Below, in pieces: positions 19,365-25,759 of a DNA stretch of 64,000 nucleotides (positions are counted from its first letter, which is position 1; each line of letters begins with the position of its first letter). Source of the stretch: a virus; IMG/VR virus record IMGVR_UViG_3300009506_000003, positions 1 to 64,000 of that record. One strand, written 5' to 3'. The notes under the pieces are model-generated. The model saw only the letters and a list, made by a program, of their open reading frames with translations. It ran no database searches and was not told the DNA's origin. The translations under genes and the position numbers were made by a program.

Positions 19365-20151
19365 GCTCAACGAAGCCCTCGAGAAGGACTTCAAAGGGGT
19401 CCAGCACTACATGAAGCAGGTCACCGTCGAGGAAGACCTGTCCAACTATCTCAAGTGGCTAGCCGACAATGAAGTGGTCACTGAGGTGCATGCCCGGCTG
19501 GAGAGGTACAAGCGCCGCAGCAAAGGTATTCACCCAAGCTCCGCTTCGAAGTCCAAGCCGTGCTTGCTCAAGCTCTACTACGAATGCACGTTCGAGGTGG
19601 AGCCCCTGGCAGCATACGACGAGAAGATGCAGCTCACATGGGACGTGGGCACCTTGCTCCACGAGACCTACCAAACGTGGTTCCGGGACATGTACGGGGA
19701 CCAGTTTCAAGCTGAGGTTCCTCTGAAGAGCGAGGACGGCTACATCAAAAGCCGCACCGACGGGATCTTCTCGTTCTCCCACTACGGGTTCATCCTCGAA
19801 GCCAAAAGCATCAAGGAGGGTGGCAACTACGGGTGGGAAACCATCCAAGCAAAGCCGATGGATGACCACGTTCGCCAGGCGCACTTCTACATGTGGCTGG
19901 CAGACGTTCCCTTCGCCATCATCTTCTACATGAACAAGAATGCAGGCGAGTTCAAAGAGCACGCCGTCATGTTCAACCAGAAGCTCTGGGACGAGATGAT
20001 GGACAATGTGATTGCCCCTGTGGTCGAAGCGGCCTATCTGGGCGGGGGCAAAGAGCTCGTACCCGCAAACCCGCAATGGTCATGTCGGTGGTGCGCGTTC
20101 AGTCATTCATGCCCAGAGAAAGGAGGAAAGGAAGAAGATGTCGACTGGTAG
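19342..20151 (+). CDS. Cas4-like/RecB-family PD-(D/E)XK exonuclease with Fe-S Cys motif
   Basis: HPSS...PC...GTLLHE...RTDGI...LEAKS...QAHFYM...CRWCAFSHSC. Confidence 0.85.
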   Translation: MQILTIAELNEALEKDFKGVQHYMKQVTVEEDLSNYLKWLADNEVVTEVHARLERYKRRSKGIHPSSASKSKPCLLKLYYECTFEVEPLAAYDEKMQLTWDVGTLLHETYQTWFRDMYGDQFQAEVPLKSEDGYIKSRTDGIFSFSHYGFILEAKSIKEGGNYGWETIQAKPMDDHVRQAHFYMWLADVPFAIIFYMNKNAGEFKEHAVMFNQKLWDEMMDNVIAPVVEAAYLGGGKELVPANPQWSCRWCAFSHSCPEKGGKEEDVDW

Positions 20152-20911
20152 GCCGGCAGAGATTGAAATGGACTTCGAGGCCAGTGAGAACGACGGCATC
20201 GAAGCCTACACCTTCGCGGAGAAGGTGAAGCAGCGAGTGTCCATGCTGGGAGTCGGGAACCACAAGCGCCCAAAGCTCGCAGAGGACCACGTGAGCATCT
20301 ACCCAGGAGAGAAAGCCGGGAACTATTTTGAGGGCAAGCTGCCCTCCGTCATCCGGAAGCTCGACCTGGATCAGCTATCTGCTCTCTACTCGCTCTACTC
20401 CAACTGGTATGGGTATCTGACCACCCAAACCATGTTGGTTGCAGCAGAGAGGTCCGAGGCCATCCGGCAACGGGACTTTCTCAAGCGCCACCTGAAGAAC
20501 CACTACCGCAACCGCATCAATCCGGAGACGAACAAGAAGTTCCCGGAGGCGTCCATCTTGGACTTCGCTGAGGCGGACAAGAGGTTCATCCAGGCCAACG
20601 CCACGTACGAGCAGCACAACGCTCTGTACGAGATCCTCGACGCCATGCGAAAGGTGGCTGACCAGGACATGAAGGTGATCAGTCGGGAGGTCACCATCCA
20701 GCAGGAGAAGCTGCGCAAGGAACTCTTCCTGCAGGGCTTCGGTAAACGCGGTCAGGACACTGAGTTCGAGGCTGCACTAGGAGACGAGGACTATGGCTCG
20801 ACCAACGATCAAGCTCAGCGCCCACCGCCCAGTAGGCCGAAGCGTGAGGTCAAGCGATACGCCGGCGGTCCGGGCAAGCCCAGAGTTCAGGGCAAACCCC
20901 GAGGGCGCTAG
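20138..20911 (+). CDS. Putative UvsY-like recombination mediator (helical)
   Basis: Helical pattern KKFPEASILDFAEADKRFIQA...ILDAMRK...ISREVT within the recombination cluster; GGAGG RBS. Confidence 0.5.
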   Translation: MSTGRPAEIEMDFEASENDGIEAYTFAEKVKQRVSMLGVGNHKRPKLAEDHVSIYPGEKAGNYFEGKLPSVIRKLDLDQLSALYSLYSNWYGYLTTQTMLVAAERSEAIRQRDFLKRHLKNHYRNRINPETNKKFPEASILDFAEADKRFIQANATYEQHNALYEILDAMRKVADQDMKVISREVTIQQEKLRKELFLQGFGKRGQDTEFEAALGDEDYGSTNDQAQRPPPSRPKREVKRYAGGPGKPRVQGKPRGR

Positions 20912-21440
20912 GCTAGAGCTGACGACAGAGCTCCCTCCCTCCACCAACCAGCTATACCAACGCCGGCGTGGGGGGCAAATTGCTCTGACAGAGGAAGCCC
21001 AAAGGCTTCGCATCCGGGTGAAGCACGTTGTGGTAGAGCAGCTCGGAAAGGTGATGTCATTCCCGACTGACCCCGAGCTCATCTACCGCTTCGACATGAT
21101 CGCCTACTTCGACTCCCTGGAGAACCCTGGGTGGTTCGAGTTCTACGAGAAGGACACCTACTACACCAAGGCCTCCAAGGACGGAAAGCACAAGAAAGGA
21201 GAGCTGAAGAACCGCAAGGGAGAAAGAAAGGCAAAGACTCGGTATAAGCGTATCGACGTCGACAATAGGGTGAAGTTCATCCAGGACTGTGTGTCGAAGT
21301 CGGTAGGCATCCCTGATGATGCCCAAATCTTCATTGGGTCTCAGGAGAAACGTGAAGACCCGGACAACCCAAGGGTGGAAGTCACCGTGAGCGTAGTGAC
21401 CGACACTGACCGGTTCTTCCCACAGAAAAGGAGGCGATGA
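20793..21440 (+). CDS. rusA: RusA-family Holliday junction resolvase
   Basis: LPPSTNQLY...DVDNRVKFIQDCV...DDAQI...PRVEVTV. Confidence 0.85.
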   Translation: MARPTIKLSAHRPVGRSVRSSDTPAVRASPEFRANPEGARLELTTELPPSTNQLYQRRRGGQIALTEEAQRLRIRVKHVVVEQLGKVMSFPTDPELIYRFDMIAYFDSLENPGWFEFYEKDTYYTKASKDGKHKKGELKNRKGERKAKTRYKRIDVDNRVKFIQDCVSKSVGIPDDAQIFIGSQEKREDPDNPRVEVTVSVVTDTDRFFPQKRRR

Positions 21441-21775
21441 TGCCAAAGATTCCCGTGGTTGACATCGACCTCTCCGAACTCAACCACTCAGAGCTCGTGT
21501 TGTTGGCCAAGTGGTGTGACCTTCCAGCGTCCAGGGCCCTTCCTCGAGAAGTCCTCATTGAGTCCCTCCAGTCATTCCAGCCCGTTGACATCCCCATCCC
21601 GTTCGACAAGAAACGGCAGGAGATGTCCAACTGGCTCAAGCGCTGGTGGGACGTAGTGCGGATGCAAGTGTCCAAGAAAGTCTGCCCGAGGTGTGACCTG
21701 TGCAAGGACTTGCAAGTGCTGGACTGCTACACGAAGAACGAGGCCAACATCAACCCCAAGAGGGCCCGCCGCTGA
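21437..21775 (+). CDS. Hypothetical Cys-containing protein
   Basis: AGGAGG RBS; CPRCDLC...DCY. Confidence 0.65.
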   Translation: MMPKIPVVDIDLSELNHSELVLLAKWCDLPASRALPREVLIESLQSFQPVDIPIPFDKKRQEMSNWLKRWWDVVRMQVSKKVCPRCDLCKDLQVLDCYTKNEANINPKRARR

Positions 21776-22971
21776 TGGAACGCACATGCCAGTACTGCAA
21801 GAACATACTGGGATGCCCGCACCTCGGTGACGAGCACGGCCGATTCGTGGCCGAGAAAGTGATCACGGCCGACAACCCCCGCGACTGCCGAGGCTTCGCA
21901 GAGATCGGAGACCGTGAGAAACAGGGCGTCAGAGAGCGGTTGTATGGGCTGTCCGGATTGGGGTACTTGCGTACGCTCCACGAGTTACCCAACATTTTGA
22001 TGGACGGCCTCAGACAAGGAGAGAAGGATGAGCTGATGTACGAAGAAAAACCGGACTTTCAAAACCCGAAGTTGCTCTACGAGGGCATGCCTGTATCTGA
22101 GCGCGAGGAGGTGCTCAGGTACGAAACCGACGAGGAAGGGCAAGTCATTGTCGAGACGGACAGCGAAGGGAACGAGGTCAAGCGTGCGCGCCCCTCGTAC
22201 CACCTGAAGCAGTACGCCATCGACGAAGAAGGCCCCATTCGTCTCAACCACAGTGTGTGTTGGTTCTGGACAACCAACCAGCTCGTTGACTACATCCTGA
22301 AGGCGGAGCTCGAAGCGGGCATCCTCTTCAAGGAGAAGAAATCCCGGGCCGCCAACGATAGGGCGACCCCCAAACTACCTCCTGCAACGCAGGAACGGGA
22401 GACCAAGATGACAGACGGCAAGCGAGTACGTGTTACCAGAGGCGGCGGCAGCAAGGGCGCGGCGAAGCCCGCGGCGGGCAGAGTGAACCCGAAGCGCGCC
22501 ACCCCCAAGCCCGCGGCGGGCAATACCTCCACGGGGGGAGGCGGAGGTGGAGGAGGCCGGGTTGCCCGCCCGGCTCGAGGAAAGACCGCGGCGGCCCCTC
22601 AGACTGAGGCTGAAGCCCCCGCCGGCGCCCCCACCGGGGACCTCGGAGACGTCAAAGAGATGTTGGCAGAGCTCAAGGAGATGGTGACCGAGCTCAAGGC
22701 GGAGAATGCCGAGCTCAAGGCTCAGATCACGGACCTTCGGGAGACCGTCATCGACACCATCACCATCTTCCACGACATCATGGCCCAGACTGCGGGCACC
22801 CTGCAGTACCCGGCCGAGGATGAGGAAGGCAACGACGTCTTTGACGAGGACGGCAACCAGGTCATGAACAATGGCCCCGAGCTGTACCCCAAGGCGTCCA
22901 AGATCTTCGCGTACCTCGACGGCACTGCCTTCGAGGCCGATGAGGACGAGGGAGGCGAGGGGGAAGAGTAG
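21775..22971 (+). CDS. Multi-module hypothetical protein (Cys-rich N-terminus, basic disordered region, coiled coil, acidic tail)
   Basis: TGATG-coupled ATG 21775; CQYC..GCPH...DC; probable internal start at 22408. Confidence 0.7.
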   Translation: MERTCQYCKNILGCPHLGDEHGRFVAEKVITADNPRDCRGFAEIGDREKQGVRERLYGLSGLGYLRTLHELPNILMDGLRQGEKDELMYEEKPDFQNPKLLYEGMPVSEREEVLRYETDEEGQVIVETDSEGNEVKRARPSYHLKQYAIDEEGPIRLNHSVCWFWTTNQLVDYILKAELEAGILFKEKKSRAANDRATPKLPPATQERETKMTDGKRVRVTRGGGSKGAAKPAAGRVNPKRATPKPAAGNTSTGGGGGGGGRVARPARGKTAAAPQTEAEAPAGAPTGDLGDVKEMLAELKEMVTELKAENAELKAQITDLRETVIDTITIFHDIMAQTAGTLQYPAEDEEGNDVFDEDGNQVMNNGPELYPKASKIFAYLDGTAFEADEDEGGEGEE

Positions 22972-23009
22972 AGGCGCCTGCTGACGGCGAGCAGGTGCCC
23001 GAGATTGTC
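22959..23009 (+). promoter_or_regulatory. Putative -1 programmed ribosomal frameshift signal
   Basis: G GGG GAA at 22959-22965, one codon before the TAG; 7-nt spacer; stem GGCGCCTGCT (22973-22982) / AGCAGGTGCC (22990-22999); loop GACGG can pair with TTGTC (23005-23009). Confidence 0.7.
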
Positions 23010-23147
23010 ATCCCCTCCCAATACCTGAGGGCGATGGGGCTCGAGCAGCTCCAGGAGATAGCGTCTCAGGTTGGTATCGGGTATGCCGGCCTCGGGGAAG
23101 CGGCCCTTCGGGAAAAGCTGATCCTGGAAGGCACGCCTGAGGACTGA
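22965..23147 (+). CDS. -1 frame extension encoding a Rho_N/HeH-like helical domain (not in the ORF track)
   Basis: RVEAPADGEQVPEIVIPSQYLRAMGLEQLQEIASQVGIGYAGLGEAALREKLILEGTPED-stop; ends 5 nt before the terminator. Confidence 0.65.
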   Translation, partial: RVEAPADGEQVPEIVIPSQYLRAMGLEQLQEIASQVGIGYAGLGEAALREKLILEGTPED

Positions 23148-23152
23148 ACAAG

Positions 23153-23191
23153 AGCCCTCCCCTGGTGCAAGCTGGGGGAGGGCTTCTTTTT
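23153..23191 (+). terminator. Rho-independent terminator
   Basis: Perfect 10-bp stem AGCCCTCCCC/GGGGAGGGCT followed by TCTTTTT. Confidence 0.8.
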
Positions 23192-23201
23192 GGAGGACAT
23201 C

Positions 23202-23528
23202 ATGGAACACGACATGCTCGACGACGAGTTCGAAGAGCGAAGGTCCCAAGACCTGTCCCCACAGAGGCTGGCGCTGAACACGGTCCTGAAGGAGCGTGAC
23301 AAGCAGCGTGGGCAGTGGGGGCCAGAGCACGACCGGGAGCACGATGTGACCGATTGGCACACCATCCTGTCGGTCTACCTGGGGAAGTTGGGTTACGAGA
23401 CACCCCTGTACCAGCAAGCCGGCTTCGACAAGGAGAAAGCCAAGAAGAGGTTGGTGCAGATCTCTGCGATTGCCCTGGCCGCCGTAGAGGCGCTCAGCGT
23501 TGTGCCAGAGTCGACAGGTACAGAGTAG
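23202..23528 (+). CDS. MazG-like all-alpha protein, apparently lacking the catalytic acidic residues
   Basis: VLKERDKQRGQWG...WHTILSVYLGK...RLVQISAIALAAVEAL resembles the phage MazG-like pattern ER.RQ..KWG...W..IL.EE.GE...EL.Q.AA; GGAGG RBS. Confidence 0.55.
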   Translation: MEHDMLDDEFEERRSQDLSPQRLALNTVLKERDKQRGQWGPEHDREHDVTDWHTILSVYLGKLGYETPLYQQAGFDKEKAKKRLVQISAIALAAVEALSVVPESTGTE

Positions 23529-23937
23529 CCCCAACGATGCCAACGACCGCGCCGACGGCTCCCACGACGTAAGGCCAGATGGGACCGCCGGCGTTGTCGA
23601 TGGCTTCTTGCTCTGCATCGTGCCACAAACCTTCGACTCTTTTTATCCGTTCGTCCTTGATCACGATGTCATCCTGCAGAGTCTGGATGATGGCATCCTT
23701 CTGCTGGATGATGCCGGCGTACTTGAGATCGATGTCTTTGTAGATCTCCAGACGCTGGCTCGCGTCCCAGAGCTTCCCATCCATCTGCAGCAGGAGCTTG
23801 TACTCGGTGAAGGTGAAGTACTGCACTCGGGTCATCTGCCCCTCGAGCTTGAGCTCAAGAGGAGTGCCCAGGGGCATGTAGTGGACCTCCGCCTCCACAG
23901 GAGCGGACAGGGTCACCATCAACATCAAGGCCAGCAC
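23494..23937 (-). CDS. Membrane protein (signal or anchor, coiled coil, C-terminal TM), spanin-like
   Basis: Hydrophobic N-terminus, heptad region, and C-terminal TM IWPYVVGAVGAVVGIVGATLYL. Confidence 0.55.
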   Translation of the reverse strand: MLALMLMVTLSAPVEAEVHYMPLGTPLELKLEGQMTRVQYFTFTEYKLLLQMDGKLWDASQRLEIYKDIDLKYAGIIQQKDAIIQTLQDDIVIKDERIKRVEGLWHDAEQEAIDNAGGPIWPYVVGAVGAVVGIVGATLYLSTLAQR

Positions 23938-23940
23938 AAG

Positions 23941-24273
23941 CTACTCCACGGTGCCGTCGTACTGTTCGACGTTCACTTCCAGCCAAGTGAGGATCTGCCG
24001 CTCGAGCTCGTCGACGTACACCTCGTCGTTCGCAGCAGACACCGCAGCGATGATGGTGTTGTAGTCCTCACCCTGAATGAGATGCTTGTTGACGGGGGAT
24101 GCAGAGCCAGGTTGGGGCCGGTCGCCTTCGAGCGACCCGAGGCCGACGAGGGCGGTGATGATTCTGGTTCTGCGATTGACGGTGTACTCCAAGAGTACGG
24201 CTTTGGGGTACGTGTTCCCGCTGTCCAATGACCCAGGATTCCATGCAGATGTCAGAGTGATTGCCAAGGGCAT
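23941..24273 (-). CDS. Hypothetical protein
   Basis: AGGAGA RBS; 110 aa. Confidence 0.65.
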   Translation of the reverse strand: MPLAITLTSAWNPGSLDSGNTYPKAVLLEYTVNRRTRIITALVGLGSLEGDRPQPGSASPVNKHLIQGEDYNTIIAAVSAANDEVYVDELERQILTWLEVNVEQYDGTVE

Positions 24274-24274
24274 G

Positions 24275-24724
24275 TCAGTCTCTCCTATCCACGACCACCA
24301 AATCGTCCCACGACGTGGCGTCCGAGATTGCTTTGCTGCGCGCGTTGGCCAGGGCGGTTTGCTCTTCGAGCTTTTTCTTTAGCTCGTCAATGTCATTCTG
24401 CAACGCCTTGACCTTCTTGTGCGCCTCATTTCTTTTCTGACCGTTCTCCGCCAGCTTGTGATCCTCTGCTGCCTGCTTTTGCTCCTCTTCCTTCTTGCGG
24501 AGCTCGTAGGCCAGCTTGGCTGCCTCCCTACGAGATCGGACCAGCAGGAAGCCCATGATGGAGAACCCAAGGACAGCAATGCCAATGAGGATGAGGTAGA
24601 CGACGAACGAGGAGCCCGAAGGACTTCCGCCCTCCGAGCTCCCCTTCCTTTCCGTCGCGGCCTTGACCAGATCGACGAGGAGGTGGGGCTTTTCAGCCTC
24701 CTTCACCTTCTCTTCGTCAGGCAT
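24275..24724 (-). CDS. Single-TM coiled-coil protein (i-spanin-like)
   Basis: TM FVVYLILIGIAVLGFSIMGFLLV followed by a long charged coiled coil. Confidence 0.55.
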   Translation of the reverse strand: MPDEEKVKEAEKPHLLVDLVKAATERKGSSEGGSPSGSSFVVYLILIGIAVLGFSIMGFLLVRSRREAAKLAYELRKKEEEQKQAAEDHKLAENGQKRNEAHKKVKALQNDIDELKKKLEEQTALANARSKAISDATSWDDLVVVDRRD

Positions 24725-25262
24725 CTGCCTTGGCCTCTTCGGGAGGAGGATCTTTGGAGTCCGACGTGTACTCGTGGATGGCGACCGCCAACGGGCCGCT
24801 CAGCACGATTTGGATGGCCTCGATCCAGTGCATACCGAACGCCAAGTTGGCGACCAAGCCTGCCGCTGCTCCGAGACCGAGAGTGCTGTACTTGATGACG
24901 CGCTTACCGTCCTTCGTCTTGAACCAGGCGATGTTCTTGCCCAGGACTTTGATCAGGCTCAGCAAGAGCTTGAACGCGACGCCCAGAATCACCAGGATCA
25001 TGGTGCCCAAAGGCATCTTGTTTTCCTTCTCACCGACGAGATCCTTGATGATCTTCGCTGCGTCCGCACCATCGGCTACGACATCTGCGACGCCGGCGTC
25101 AGCTTCCGTGGCGGCAGCCATCTCCTTCTCATCGACCTTGCCATCCTTGTTGGTATCGAGGTCGGAGCTCACCACTGGGGTCGCGGGGGCCGGGGGCTCC
25201 TGCGCATTCGCTGGGATGGATACCAGAAAGACTCCGAAAAGCAGTGCTCGTAGCAGGTTCAT
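24717..25262 (-). CDS. Membrane protein with signal peptide, EF-hand-like loop and 2-3 TM segments (holin-like)
   Basis: MNLLRALLFGVFLVSIPANA; DTNKDGKVDEKE; hydrophobic helices. Confidence 0.6.
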   Translation of the reverse strand: MNLLRALLFGVFLVSIPANAQEPPAPATPVVSSDLDTNKDGKVDEKEMAAATEADAGVADVVADGADAAKIIKDLVGEKENKMPLGTMILVILGVAFKLLLSLIKVLGKNIAWFKTKDGKRVIKYSTLGLGAAAGLVANLAFGMHWIEAIQIVLSGPLAVAIHEYTSDSKDPPPEEAKADA

Positions 25263-25271
25263 GGTCTTCTC

Positions 25272-25727
25272 CTATGCCGCCGACGATTCTGCCGGCTCGT
25301 TGTTGTTTTCCACTTCTTCGGCCTGTGGCTCTTCACCCTTTGGCTCTTCGCCTTTTGCTTCCTCGCCTTTTTCCTCTTCGGCTGGAGCGGGCTCTGGAGG
25401 TCTTTTTTTGAGAAGCTCTGGGGGAGGAGGGCCAGGGCTCTCCGCAGCGTCTCTTTCCTCCAGGAGCTCCTCCACCAACGTGTTGGCTGAGCCTTGGATG
25501 TTCTCAGACTGCAGCTCCAAGGATCGAATCCTCGCCTGGGCCTGCTCCACCTGGTTCTTCAGTCCGTTCAGGTCGTCGAAGCATCTCTTCAAACGGTTGG
25601 TGGTTTCTTTGTACTTGATGGCAAGCCGAGCTGTTCTCCGGTCGAGTTGATCGGGGTGCTTCTCGAGGGTGTTCATCACCGCCCGGATGTAGTCTCGGAC
25701 TTCCCGAGGATCAGATTCCATTTCCAT
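25272..25727 (-). CDS. Coiled-coil protein with acidic Pro-rich tail (possible fibre chaperone)
   Basis: Directly downstream of the tail fibre; AAGGGAGA RBS. Confidence 0.6.
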   Translation of the reverse strand: MEMESDPREVRDYIRAVMNTLEKHPDQLDRRTARLAIKYKETTNRLKRCFDDLNGLKNQVEQAQARIRSLELQSENIQGSANTLVEELLEERDAAESPGPPPPELLKKRPPEPAPAEEEKGEEAKGEEPKGEEPQAEEVENNNEPAESSAA

Positions 25728-25759
25728 GTTGTTGGTCTCCCTTGGTTGTGACTGAGAAC

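Noticed and set aside
19342-20151. Cas4-like gene as part of a CRISPR-Cas system
   Set aside because: No repeat-spacer array or other cas genes are visible; solo Cas4-like nucleases are common in phage recombination clusters.
22972-23150. Riboswitch or ncRNA upstream of the MazG-like gene
   Set aside because: The region is better explained as a coding -1 frame extension with a frameshift hairpin; no known aptamer consensus was recognised.
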